A stretch of 64,000 bases of DNA, taken from Candidatus Latescibacterota bacterium. Lineage in GTDB: Bacteria > Latescibacterota > UBA2968 > UBA8231. Below are positions 18,246 to 27,305 of the stretch, piece by piece. The position numbers and the translations under genes are program-made. Location: the NCBI GenBank assembly GCA_965204725.1, contig OZ242005.1:4768001-4832000 (forward strand). Reading direction: 5' to 3'. The notes under the pieces were generated by a model. The model worked only from the letters and a program-made list of their open reading frames with translations, ran no database searches and had not been told where the DNA came from. Each line of letters opens with the position of its first letter. Positions within the stretch are counted from its first letter, which is position 1.

Positions 18246-19256
18246 CTAGAATGCAACGGCGAGTTGCACCGTGGTCGTGCTGACTTGCTGGTTTGCGTAA
18301 TCCTCGTCTCGCACCCATTCGAGGGCTGGCGAGAACCACGTTGCCAATTCCACCGAGAGCCCGGCGAGCAACCGCCGCGTGGGCAGTTTTAGCGCCCGTG
18401 CTTCTTCCGTGCCCTGATAGCCGACGACTACCGTTGCCTCCCTGCCCGCAAGGCGGACAGCGCAAGCCGCTTCAAGCAACCAACTCGACGGTTGAGCGCC
18501 GCGACCGGCATACTCCACTTCGTGGGCTACAAAGTGCCCCAGCGAAGCTAGGTATTCGCCAGTCAGCGCTGCGTTTGCGTAACGCAGCTCAGTGCGGGCT
18601 GTCCAGCCGGGCACGCTATGGCGGCCCCGCGTATCGGCAATTACCTCTTGGAGAGCACCTGAAACACCGATGTCGCTGATATAGGACAGGTTTAGACCGA
18701 ACTCGGCCTCACCGCGCTCCAGCAAATAGCCAATTGCAGCACCGTAACCACCATTTTGGTCCTCATCGCCGTAGAAGCCGAAGATAGACCCGTGCAATCC
18801 GCCAGACGACAACCCCAATTGCAAGGCAAGCTCATTTGTTTCGCCGAGTTGGAGCGTCAGCGGATCGGAGATCAACGCGGGAGGCCAATTCGCAAATGGG
18901 ACGTATTGCTGACCAGCGGAGAAAAACCACGAGCCTTCCGGCGGCCCAATGGTCAGGCTGGCACTGTCGAGCGCGACTTGCTCGGCTTCCTCCAGCCCAA
19001 TGTCCTCTTCCTCGTACAGCAGGGTGGCCCCGGCCCCAATCCAGTCGTTTAGTTCCGCCTCGACCACAAGCTCGGCTTGCCCCACGCCGACCCCCGCGGC
19101 GCGGTCTCCTTCGTCCAGGTGCCGATAGACCCCTTCGAGTTGGACCGTGCCGCCGATCTCCCACCCAACTTGCTCAGGCTGCACGGCCTCGGCCAGCCCC
19201 AGCCCGTGCCCGACCCATAAAACCGAGCCGACGAGGATGGAGCTTTTCCCCTTCAT
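18246..19256 (-). CDS. LbtU-family outer-membrane porin
   Basis: Signal peptide; ATLLYEEE, GQQYVPF, ISDPLTLQLGET, C-terminal TVQLAVAF beta-signal. Confidence 0.7.
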   Translation of the reverse strand: MKGKSSILVGSVLWVGHGLGLAEAVQPEQVGWEIGGTVQLEGVYRHLDEGDRAAGVGVGQAELVVEAELNDWIGAGATLLYEEEDIGLEEAEQVALDSASLTIGPPEGSWFFSAGQQYVPFANWPPALISDPLTLQLGETNELALQLGLSSGGLHGSIFGFYGDEDQNGGYGAAIGYLLERGEAEFGLNLSYISDIGVSGALQEVIADTRGRHSVPGWTARTELRYANAALTGEYLASLGHFVAHEVEYAGRGAQPSSWLLEAACAVRLAGREATVVVGYQGTEEARALKLPTRRLLAGLSVELATWFSPALEWVRDEDYANQQVSTTTVQLAVAF

Positions 19257-19267
19257 CGCTGGCTTGC

Positions 19268-20110
19268 TCAATCAAACAAAGCGAGCCAATCGTCCACGCT
19301 TTGGGCCACCGACTCGGGATAAGCTCGGCTGCGGGCGATAAAGCCGGGGACGCCGTCGCGGCCGCTGGGCTGAGCCGGGTCGCTGTAGCGCAGGTCGAGG
19401 CTCCAGCGGATGTGGTCGGAGTGGTTGGGGATGGAGCGGTGGATGGTTTTGTGCTGGATGAGCAGGACGCTGCCGACTTTGACCGGGCAGCTAACCTGCT
19501 CGCCGGGGGGCAGGTCCTGATTGGTGATGCCTTTGAAGTTGGCCCCCGGTCCCATGCCGTGCTCGTGGCCCATGAGTGGGACGCGGTGGCTGCCGGCAAT
19601 GACTTCCATACAGCCGTTGTCAAGAGTGGCATCGACCAAGGGGATCCAAAAATTGACCATGAAGGTCTCTTCGGCGTCAGGCTGCAAATAGCCCAAGTCT
19701 TGGTGCCAAGGCACCACCGTGGAGTCTTGGTTGGGCAATTTGGCGCGCAGGTTGAATTGCGGGTGGGCCATTATTTCGGGGCCGATCACCGATTCGACAA
19801 GGTCGAGCAGCGCCGGTTGGGTCAAAATGGCGAACATGCCCTCGGTTTTGAGCTTGCCGTTGACTTGGCGCAACAGCGGGGCGGGGTCGGCCAACTGGGC
19901 GTGGATGGGGATCAGGCGCTTGGCAAAGGGCAGGGCCGCGTGCAGGTCGGACAGTTCGCCGGCCGCGTGGGCCTGCTGGGCCGCGGCATCGACAAGCGCG
20001 TCGATTTCGGCGATGAGGCGGTCAAAGACCGCGGGGTCGAGGACATCCTCGACGAGGAGATAGCCTTCGGTGCGGTAGAAGTCGAGTTGATCGGAGGTGA
20101 GGCCGCTCAT
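19268..20110 (-). CDS. Phytanoyl-CoA dioxygenase (PhyH) family Fe/2OG enzyme
   Basis: LTSDQLDFYRTEGYL, VPWHQD, NGCMEVIAGSH, IHRSIPN...RWSLDLRY. Confidence 0.88.
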   Translation of the reverse strand: MSGLTSDQLDFYRTEGYLLVEDVLDPAVFDRLIAEIDALVDAAAQQAHAAGELSDLHAALPFAKRLIPIHAQLADPAPLLRQVNGKLKTEGMFAILTQPALLDLVESVIGPEIMAHPQFNLRAKLPNQDSTVVPWHQDLGYLQPDAEETFMVNFWIPLVDATLDNGCMEVIAGSHRVPLMGHEHGMGPGANFKGITNQDLPPGEQVSCPVKVGSVLLIQHKTIHRSIPNHSDHIRWSLDLRYSDPAQPSGRDGVPGFIARSRAYPESVAQSVDDWLALFD

Positions 20111-20158
20111 CGGAGTTGTCCTTTGGCTGGGGGTGGATTGAGGTTGGGTTAATGCTAA

Positions 20159-20269
20159 GTACACGACACCAGCTTTAGTTCCCGATGAATCCGGGATCGA
20201 GGGCGTCCCGCCCTCGACGAGGGCAAGATGCCCTCGATCCTTGGAAGGCTGGCGGCAGGTGTCGTGTAG
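20159..20269 (-). mobile_element. Family A mini-element, complete copy (111 bp MITE-like, REP doublet inside)
   Basis: TAA|GTACACGACACC...GGTGTCGTGTAG|TAA: 12 bp TIR with 1 mismatch and TAA direct repeats on both sides. Confidence 0.8.
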
Positions 20270-20320
20270 TAAGGGGTTAATGTACAGTTTTACCGAGGGG
20301 GTCAGCAAGCGCGGCCCGGC

Positions 20321-20348
20321 TTGACGGCATCGGCGTTCCTCGTATCTT
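20321..20348 (+). promoter_or_regulatory. Putative sigma70 promoter of the aspS leader
   Basis: TTGACG (20321) N16 TATCTT (20343); implies a start site just before ATG 20358. Confidence 0.55.
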
Positions 20349-20357
20349 TAGCCCACT

Positions 20358-20423
20358 ATGATGACCCGTCAGAACAACCGCACGCCCAATAATAATCCAC
20401 TCGCCCCATTGCGCGTGTTCTGA
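20358..20423 (+). CDS. Asn-rich leader peptide 1 (MMTRQNNRTPNNNPLAPLRVF)
   Basis: 21 codons with 5 Asn (AAC AAC, AAT AAT AAT) in a GC-rich context; followed by antiterminator and terminator. Confidence 0.75.
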   Translation: MMTRQNNRTPNNNPLAPLRVF

Positions 20424-20445
20424 CGACTAACCCCAACCAAATCTC

Positions 20446-20487
20446 AAACCCGTCGCGAACACGCATCGCGGCGGGTTTTCTGTTTTT
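20446..20487 (+). terminator. Attenuator terminator 1
   Basis: AAACCCGTCGCGA/TCGCGGCGGGTTT stem then TCTGTTTTT; overlaps a competing helix GCGTGTTC(20413-20)/GAACACGC(20457-64). Confidence 0.8.
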
Positions 20488-20500
20488 AGGAGCGATTGCA

Positions 20501-20587
20501 ATGACATTCCAGCACCCGGCACGCGCCCTTTCGCATAACAACAACGACAATAACCCCGCCATTCGGGCTCGATGGCGTTGGCCGTGA
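20501..20587 (+). CDS. Asn/Asp-rich leader peptide 2 (MTFQHPARALSHNNNDNNPAIRARWRWP)
   Basis: AGGAG SD at 20488-92; run AAC AAC AAC GAC AAT AAC at 20537-20554. Confidence 0.8.
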   Translation: MTFQHPARALSHNNNDNNPAIRARWRWP

Positions 20588-20607
20588 CCGGATTCCACCC
20601 TCACCCC

Positions 20608-20643
20608 AACCCGCCGTTGAGCCTCGTGCCGACGGCGGTTTTT
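20608..20643 (+). terminator. Attenuator terminator 2
   Basis: CCGCCGTTG/CGACGGCGG stem then TTTTT; competing helix GGCTCGATGGCG(20566-77)/CGCCGTTGAGCC(20612-23). Confidence 0.8.
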
Positions 20644-20668
20644 CATGTACAGCCAACGGGAGGCTATC

Positions 20669-22429
20669 ATGCACCGCTATCGCACACACACCTGTGGCGA
20701 ACTCCGCCAGCACCACGCCGGCCAGACCACTCGCCTGAGCGGCTGGATACACCGCCGAAGGGATCACGGGGGCATCCTGTTTCTAGATCTGCGCGACCAC
20801 TACGGCCTCACCCAACTCGTGCTCGCGCCGGGAAACGACGTTGCGGCCACCGCAGCCAAGGTCCCCCGCGAATCCGTAATCCGCGTCGAGGGTGACGTGC
20901 GAAAGCGGTCGCCTGAGACCATCAACCGGGCGATGGAGACTGGCGAGATTGAAATCGCTGTCCGCGAATTGGCAGTGCTCTCGCCGGCCGAGCCGCTCCC
21001 CTTTGCCGTGGCCGAAGATCCCGAAGTGGGGGAGAGCACCCGGTTGTCCTATCGCTTCTTGGACCTGCGCCGAGCCGGGCTGCACCGCCGCATTCAGCTT
21101 CGCTCGGAGGTGATCGCCAGCATCAGACGACGCATGACGGGCATGGGTTTTGCCGAATTTCAGACGCCCATTCTCACCAGCAGTTCGCCCGAGGGCGCAC
21201 GCGATTACCTCGTACCGAGCCGGCTCTATCCCGGCGAGTTCTACGCGCTACCGCAAGCCCCTCAGCAGTTCAAGCAGCTCCTGATGGTGTCCGGCTTCGA
21301 CCGCTATTTCCAGATCGCGCCCTGCTTCCGCGACGAAGACGCCCGTGCCGACCGCTCCCCCGGCGAGTTCTACCAACTCGACCTCGAGATGGCCTTTGTC
21401 GAGCAGGAGGATGTCTTCGCGGTGATCGAGGAACTCTTTTATGGTCTGTTTCGCGAGTTCACTGCTTGGGAAGTGACCGCACCGCCGTTCCCGCGTCTTT
21501 CCCACGCCGACGCCATGCTGCGGTTCGGTACGGACAAACCAGACCTGCGCTTAGGACTCGAAATTCAGGACCTCTCCGACATATTCACGGAATCCTCGTT
21601 CAGGTTGTTCAGGGACATCGTGGCAGCCGGAGGAGTCGTCCGCGCCCTGTGCGTTCCCGGTCTAGAGGCGCAGCCGCGCTCGTTTTTTGGCAGCCTCGAA
21701 GCGTTCGTCCAAGAAGCAGGCGGCAAGGGGCTGGCGTACCTCATCAACGGAGTGCAACCCACAGGCTCAATCGCCGCAGCTTTGGAGCAGAGTGTACGCA
21801 ACCGCATTATCGAGGCGTGTGCCGCCGCTCCGGGGTCCGCTATTTTCTTCCTCGCCGGGCCGCCCGCCGAGGCAGCGGCCTTGGCGGGACGGTTGCGCCT
21901 GCATCTGGCGGACCGGCTCGATTTGCGTCGGGAGGGTTGCTATGAATTCTGCTGGGTCGTCGATTTTCCCATGTACGAATGGGATGCGGACCGCGCTGGT
22001 GTAGCCTTTGCACACAACCCGTTCTCCATGCCGCAGGGCGGTATGGCGGCCTTGGCGGACCAGCCGCCGCTGGCGATCAAGGCGTATCAGTACGACATCG
22101 TATGCAACGGCCTCGAACTGTCGAGCGGCGCCATCCGCAATCACCGGCCGGACATCATGTACAAGGCGTTTGAGCTGGCCGGGCACTCGCGGCGGGAAGT
22201 GGATCGCAGATTCGGGGGCATGATCCGCGCCTTTCGCTACGGCGCTCCACCGCACGGCGGCATCGCGCCCGGCATTGACCGCATCGTCATGCTGATAGCG
22301 GACGAACCGAACATCCGGGAGGTTATCGCCTTCCCGATGAGCCAGAACGCACAGGATCCGCTCATGGGCGCGCCGAGCAAGGTGTCGCCGGAGCAGTTGC
22401 GGGAGTTGCACCTAGCAGTCTGGGAGTGA
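20669..22429 (+). CDS. aspS: Aspartate--tRNA ligase, probably non-discriminating (Asp/Asn)
   Basis: YRTHTCGELR, RRRDHGG, PEGARDYLVPSR, QIAPCFRDED, GAPPHGGIAPGIDR; GGGAGG SD. Confidence 0.97.
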   Translation: MHRYRTHTCGELRQHHAGQTTRLSGWIHRRRDHGGILFLDLRDHYGLTQLVLAPGNDVAATAAKVPRESVIRVEGDVRKRSPETINRAMETGEIEIAVRELAVLSPAEPLPFAVAEDPEVGESTRLSYRFLDLRRAGLHRRIQLRSEVIASIRRRMTGMGFAEFQTPILTSSSPEGARDYLVPSRLYPGEFYALPQAPQQFKQLLMVSGFDRYFQIAPCFRDEDARADRSPGEFYQLDLEMAFVEQEDVFAVIEELFYGLFREFTAWEVTAPPFPRLSHADAMLRFGTDKPDLRLGLEIQDLSDIFTESSFRLFRDIVAAGGVVRALCVPGLEAQPRSFFGSLEAFVQEAGGKGLAYLINGVQPTGSIAAALEQSVRNRIIEACAAAPGSAIFFLAGPPAEAAALAGRLRLHLADRLDLRREGCYEFCWVVDFPMYEWDADRAGVAFAHNPFSMPQGGMAALADQPPLAIKAYQYDIVCNGLELSSGAIRNHRPDIMYKAFELAGHSRREVDRRFGGMIRAFRYGAPPHGGIAPGIDRIVMLIADEPNIREVIAFPMSQNAQDPLMGAPSKVSPEQLRELHLAVWE

Positions 22430-22452
22430 AAGTTGCTGGCCGATTCCGGTCA

Positions 22453-22586
22453 GAAGCGGTCTGCAAACTCTGGTGGTCGTCCCTTGGGTCTAAACGATCC
22501 CGGCTGGATTCCCGCCCCGTGTCGGGGCACGGGGTGACGTTCTTTTTACGGGAATGACGCCCCAAGGTGAGGTTTCAGACCGCTTC
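22453..22586 (+). mobile_element. Family B mini-element (MITE-like), copy 1
   Basis: TCA|GAAGCGGTCTG...CAGACCGCTTC|TCA: TIR plus 3 bp duplication; internal palindrome GGATTCCCGCCCCGTGTCGGGGCACGGGG...CGGGAATGAC. Confidence 0.82.
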
Positions 22587-22720
22587 TCAGGGAGCCCCGA
22601 GTCTTATCTTGCTGACCAATTCCGTTTGGGCGTTATTGGAAAAGTATAGCTCATCGCCTTGGCCGAAAATAAAATAAACAACCCGACCATGTCCCAATAC
22701 AGAGAGGCTGGAAGCACGCT

Positions 22721-24754
22721 ATGAAAGACGAGTTTTTCGAGCAGGACGAGGGACGGCAATCAGCGTTCATGCCTGACCACAGCTACTTTTCCAACCTGAT
22801 CTGGCATATCGCCGACCTGCTGCGCGGCCCTTACCGGCCGCCCCAGTACGAGCGCGTCATGCTGCCTATGACTGTGCTGCGGCGGTTCGACTGCGTACTC
22901 GCTCGGACCAAGCCCGATGTTCTGGCCGCGTACGATCTCTGGGGCGACAGGCTCCACGGCGATGCACTCGACATCAGACTGAACAGAGCCGCCGGCCAGC
23001 GCTTCCACAACCACTCGCCCCTCGACTTCGAGAAGCTCAAGGGCGATCCAGACAACATCGCCCCGCACCTCGTTAGCTACATCCACGGCTTTTCGGCCAA
23101 CGTGCGCCGCATCTTCGAGTACTTTGAATTTGAGGCGGAAATCGAGAAGATGCGCGAGGCCAATCTCCTGTACCTCGTCGTCTCAAAATTCTGCGACGTG
23201 GACCTACACCCCGCTAGCGTTCCGAACGAGCAGATGGGACACATCTTTGAGAACCTCATCCGCCGCTTCAACGAACTAGCCAACGAGACCGCCGGCGACC
23301 ACTTCACGCCGCGCGAGGTCATCCGGCTGATGGTGAGCATCCTCTTCATTCACGACGACGAACTGCTCGCCACGCCCGGAACCGTGCGTAAGCTCCTCGA
23401 CCCGGCTTGCGGCACCGGCGGCATGTTGGCCGAGGCGCAAAACTACTTGCGAGACCACCACAGTGCCGCCCGGCTCTACGTCTATGGGCAGGACTACAAC
23501 AATCGCGCCTTTGCTACCGCAGCCTCCGACATGCTGATGAAGCAGGTTGACCACAACGGCATCGGCGACAACGTCCGCTTTGGCGACAGCTTCACAGAAG
23601 ACCAATTTGAGGACGAGACCTTCGACTACTTTCTCACCAATCCGCCCTTCGGCGTGGACTGGAAGAAGCAGAAGCGGGCGATCCAAGATGAGCACGACAA
23701 GCTCGGCTTTGAGGGTCGCTTTGGTGCTGGGCTATCGCGCGTGAACGACGGCTCGCTGCTTTTCCTGCAACACATAATCCACAAGTTCGAGCCGGTGCGC
23801 CCGGACGAGCGTAAGCATGGCTCGCGCTTGGCTATCGTATTCAGCGGCTCGCCGCTCTTTACCGGCGGTGCTGGCTCCGGCGAGAGCAACATTCGCAAGT
23901 GGATCATTGAGAACGACTGGCTCGAAGCGATCATCGCCTTGCCGGAGCAGATGTTCTACAACACTGGCATCGGCACCTATGTCTGGATCGTCACCAATCG
24001 CAAAGAGGAGCAGCGGCGGGGGAAAATTCAGCTTCTCGACGCCCGCGACTTGTGGACCGCGGGCGGGAGCGCAGACAACAAACGCAGCCTTGGCGACAAG
24101 CGCCGCCACATCGCCGCAGAGCAGAGCGCGGAGATCGTTGCGCTATATGGCCGCTTTGAGGACGGTGACCGCTCCAAGATTTTCGACAACGACGACTTTG
24201 GTTACACGCGCGTGACCGTGGAGCGCCCCCTGCGCTTGCGTTACCAGATGACCATAGAAGACAAGGCCCGTTTTCTCGATGCCTGCCCGTACCTGCTCGA
24301 CGACGTGCAGGCCATTGACAAGGAGTTGGGACGCGAGCCATCGTCCGACTGGAATGCGACGTGGGAGCGCATCGCGGCTCTCCTGCATGAGCACCAATCG
24401 CGCTGGAAGAAGGTGGAACAGAAGCTCTTCCGAGATGTGTTCACAGAGAAGGATGCGGAGGCCGAGCCGGTCAGGAAGGATGGCCGAGAGAACAGCTACG
24501 AGCCCGACCCTGAACTGCGCGGCTTCGAGAATGTGCCGCTCAAGGACGACGTTGACGCCTATTTCGAGCGCGAGGTGCGCCCTCACGTCCCCGAGGCTTG
24601 GATGGACCGCGACAAGGACAAAATCGGTTACGAGATCAACTTCAACCGCCACTTCTACGAGTACACGCCGCCGCGCCCGTTGGAAGAGATTGACGGGGAT
24701 TTGAAGAAGGCGGAGGAGAAGATCGTGCGGCTACTGCGGGAGGTGGTGGGGTGA
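22721..24754 (+). CDS. hsdM: Type I R-M methyltransferase subunit
   Basis: IWHIADLLRG, AGDHFTPREVI, DPACGTGGML, TNPPFG, GYEINFNRHFY. Confidence 0.95.
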   Translation: MKDEFFEQDEGRQSAFMPDHSYFSNLIWHIADLLRGPYRPPQYERVMLPMTVLRRFDCVLARTKPDVLAAYDLWGDRLHGDALDIRLNRAAGQRFHNHSPLDFEKLKGDPDNIAPHLVSYIHGFSANVRRIFEYFEFEAEIEKMREANLLYLVVSKFCDVDLHPASVPNEQMGHIFENLIRRFNELANETAGDHFTPREVIRLMVSILFIHDDELLATPGTVRKLLDPACGTGGMLAEAQNYLRDHHSAARLYVYGQDYNNRAFATAASDMLMKQVDHNGIGDNVRFGDSFTEDQFEDETFDYFLTNPPFGVDWKKQKRAIQDEHDKLGFEGRFGAGLSRVNDGSLLFLQHIIHKFEPVRPDERKHGSRLAIVFSGSPLFTGGAGSGESNIRKWIIENDWLEAIIALPEQMFYNTGIGTYVWIVTNRKEEQRRGKIQLLDARDLWTAGGSADNKRSLGDKRRHIAAEQSAEIVALYGRFEDGDRSKIFDNDDFGYTRVTVERPLRLRYQMTIEDKARFLDACPYLLDDVQAIDKELGREPSSDWNATWERIAALLHEHQSRWKKVEQKLFRDVFTEKDAEAEPVRKDGRENSYEPDPELRGFENVPLKDDVDAYFEREVRPHVPEAWMDRDKDKIGYEINFNRHFYEYTPPRPLEEIDGDLKKAEEKIVRLLREVVG

Positions 24755-26058
24755 GCCACCTTGCTTGGGTCAACTCACTGCCTGAGTCTTGGGAGGTGAA
24801 GCCGCTTCGGGCGACGACTGATTATGTGGTAAGTAACGTCGATAAATTGTCGGTTGACCACGAAATACCGGTTCGATTGTGCAATTACACGGACGTTTAC
24901 AACAACGATTTCATTTCTATGAGCCTCGACTTCATGCAGGCAACAGCGACCGAAGACGAGATCGAGAAATTCGGCTTACAAGTCGGAGATGTTGTCATCA
25001 CGAAGGATTCAGAGTCATGGGATGACATAGGTGTCCCCGCACTTGTCCGGGAGACAGCCGACGACCTCGTGTGCGGTTATCACCTCGCGCTTCTTCGTCC
25101 CCGTCGCCACCAGTTGGCAGGTGCATTCCTGCTCCGGTGCCTCCAAGCAAAGCCGATATGTGTCCAACTGGAACTTGCTGCGAATGGAGTGACTCGCTTT
25201 GGGCTAGCGAAGTCTGAGATAGGGGGTGTCACGTTGCCGGTGCCGCCGCTTTCAATCCAGTACGCCATCGCCGACTACCTTGACCGCGAGACGGCGCGGC
25301 TGGATGCACTGGTGGCAGAAAAGGAGCAACTGCTGGAACTGTTGGCCGAGAAACGCCGTGCGCTCATCACCCGCGCCGTCACCCGCGGCCTCGACCCAAA
25401 CGTCCCGCTCCGCGACTCCGGTGTTTCATGGCTCGGCGAGATTCCGACGCATTGGAAGGTGATCCTATTGCGCTTTGCCTGCTGCTCAATTGAGACGGGT
25501 GGAACACCGTCTATCGATTACGTGGATGATACGAGCGAAACCAGTGTGGACTGGTTTACTCCTGGCGATTTTGGAAGCGATCTAGTTCTCCGCGAGTCGT
25601 CACGCAGACTCGCTCAAGAGGCGGTGTCATCGGGGAAGGCTAAGCTATTCCCGGCTGGTTCTGTGTTTGTTGTAAGTATAGGAGCGACACTCGGGAAGGT
25701 GGGAATCATCGAAGCACCAGCCTCTGCCAATCAACAGATCAACGTCATGATTCCGCGAGGTACTGTTGAGCCACATTTCCTTGCTCATGTTCTTTGGATA
25801 CTTGGGGACGTAATGGGTGCAATGGCTAACAGTGCAACATTACCGATTCTGAATCAGCAAAGAATGGGAGAAATACGTGTTCCGGTTCCTCCAGTTTCCG
25901 AGCAGCGAGAGATCGTGTCTGCTATCGCAAGCGAGACAAAAAGGATCGAGTGCGTTTGGATAGCTGCCGAACACACGATTGCACTTCTCAAGGAACGCCG
26001 CTCTGCCCTCATCGCGGCTGCCGTGACCGGGCAGATTAACGTAGGGAGCGCGACATGA
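24751..26058 (+). CDS. hsdS: Type I R-M specificity subunit
   Basis: LPESWEVKPL, two TRDs each followed by PVPP..Q..I helices, RDSGVSWLGEIP, ALIAAAVTGQI. Confidence 0.93.
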   Translation: MSHLAWVNSLPESWEVKPLRATTDYVVSNVDKLSVDHEIPVRLCNYTDVYNNDFISMSLDFMQATATEDEIEKFGLQVGDVVITKDSESWDDIGVPALVRETADDLVCGYHLALLRPRRHQLAGAFLLRCLQAKPICVQLELAANGVTRFGLAKSEIGGVTLPVPPLSIQYAIADYLDRETARLDALVAEKEQLLELLAEKRRALITRAVTRGLDPNVPLRDSGVSWLGEIPTHWKVILLRFACCSIETGGTPSIDYVDDTSETSVDWFTPGDFGSDLVLRESSRRLAQEAVSSGKAKLFPAGSVFVVSIGATLGKVGIIEAPASANQQINVMIPRGTVEPHFLAHVLWILGDVMGAMANSATLPILNQQRMGEIRVPVPPVSEQREIVSAIASETKRIECVWIAAEHTIALLKERRSALIAAAVTGQINVGSAT

Positions 26059-27305
26059 TCGTCACAGGTCTCAAGCTAACCAACCTCCGCGCCATCAAGG
26101 CAGCCGAGTTCCGCTTCCCGGAGATGCCGGGCTTCAATCTCATTGTCGGCGTCAACGGAGTCGGCAAAACGAGCGTACTGGATGCGCTGAGCGTTTGCCT
26201 TTCGGGAGTAGTGAAATCGGCGAATAAGCTCCGAGGCCAAGTCAAGAGGTTCTCGGACGACGACATCCGTATCGGGGCCGACTCCCTTACGGTCGAGCTT
26301 ACGGTCAAGTGGGACATCCAAATGGACCAAGAGTATAGCTACCTCGTCCACAAGCCACGCGAGGCGAGTGCTCCGCAAAAGAAGAAGGCGGGACTGCCGC
26401 GAGAGCAGGTTCACGAGACGCCGGAGAGAAGGCAGTTCATTGGTGATGCGCCGCCCACTGTATCCGGCGACGAGCGCGACGGAAGGCCGCTTGCACTATT
26501 CTTTTCGACCAATCGCGCAGTGCCGTCCGAGCGAGCTCCGCGAAAGGGTGTCGCTGCCGGAGGTATAGAAGCGGCGTTCGCGGATGCTTTCTTGGATCGC
26601 GAGCTTCGGCTCGGCGAGATCGGTGACTGGCTGAAGGTCCAAAAATCCTTATGCAACGAACCTGTACTGGCCGCCTGCGAAGATGCCGTGAAGAGCTTCC
26701 TTCCGGGCTACGCGAATCTGCGGCTAGGAGATAAGGGTCGCCCGCAACTTTGGATTGATCGGGATTCTACGACAATTCCTGTCCGGCAACTCTCGGATGG
26801 CGAACGCGGGATACTGGCCCTCGTATTGGACCTGACCCGGCGGCTTGCACAGGCCAACCCCAATCTCACCGACCCGGTCTCCCAAGCCGGAGCGGTCATC
26901 CTGATCGACGAAATCGACTTGCATCTGCACCCGAAGTGGCAGCGGCAAATCGTTCACAAGCTGACTGAAACCTTTCCGGGCTGCCAGTTCATCGCTACAA
27001 CCCACTCGCCGCAGGTAATCGGCGAAATATCCCACGCATGCATCCAGATCATCTCAGACGGCAAGGTCTGTTTGCCGACCCACTCCCTTGGCGTCGATTC
27101 AAGCCGAGTCTTGGAAGAGATTATGGACGCGGAGCCGCGAACAAAGAAGGTGAAAAAACTGCTGTCGAATGTATCGCAAGTGATCGGAAAAGAGCAGTTC
27201 GACCAAGCCCGAGGCTTAGTAGAGGAACTCGCTGATTACCTCGGAGATAATGACCCCGAAGTAACGAGGCTGCTGACACTTCTTGAGTTCATGGAGGGGG
27301 AATGA
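26055..27305 (+). CDS. AAA/ABC ATPase, PtuA-like (Septu/retron effector type)
   Basis: GVNGVGKT, QLSDGER, DLTRRLAQANP, ILIDEIDLHLHPKWQR, QFIATTHSPQVI. Confidence 0.85.
   Translation: MIVTGLKLTNLRAIKAAEFRFPEMPGFNLIVGVNGVGKTSVLDALSVCLSGVVKSANKLRGQVKRFSDDDIRIGADSLTVELTVKWDIQMDQEYSYLVHKPREASAPQKKKAGLPREQVHETPERRQFIGDAPPTVSGDERDGRPLALFFSTNRAVPSERAPRKGVAAGGIEAAFADAFLDRELRLGEIGDWLKVQKSLCNEPVLAACEDAVKSFLPGYANLRLGDKGRPQLWIDRDSTTIPVRQLSDGERGILALVLDLTRRLAQANPNLTDPVSQAGAVILIDEIDLHLHPKWQRQIVHKLTETFPGCQFIATTHSPQVIGEISHACIQIISDGKVCLPTHSLGVDSSRVLEEIMDAEPRTKKVKKLLSNVSQVIGKEQFDQARGLVEELADYLGDNDPEVTRLLTLLEFMEGE

Noticed and set aside
18836-20152. 438 aa plus-strand ORF and similar long antisense ORFs (for example 52632-53867, 47480-48400, 48784-49662)
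   Set aside because: Shadow frames of well-supported genes in GC-rich DNA, with no motifs
20111-20308. N-terminal extension of PhyH in the ORF track
   Set aside because: It reads through the family A element; ATG 20110 matches the family start
20340-20668. T-box riboswitch upstream of aspS
   Set aside because: No T-box consensus (AAGGTGGNACC-like) found; leader ORFs with Asn runs explain the structure better
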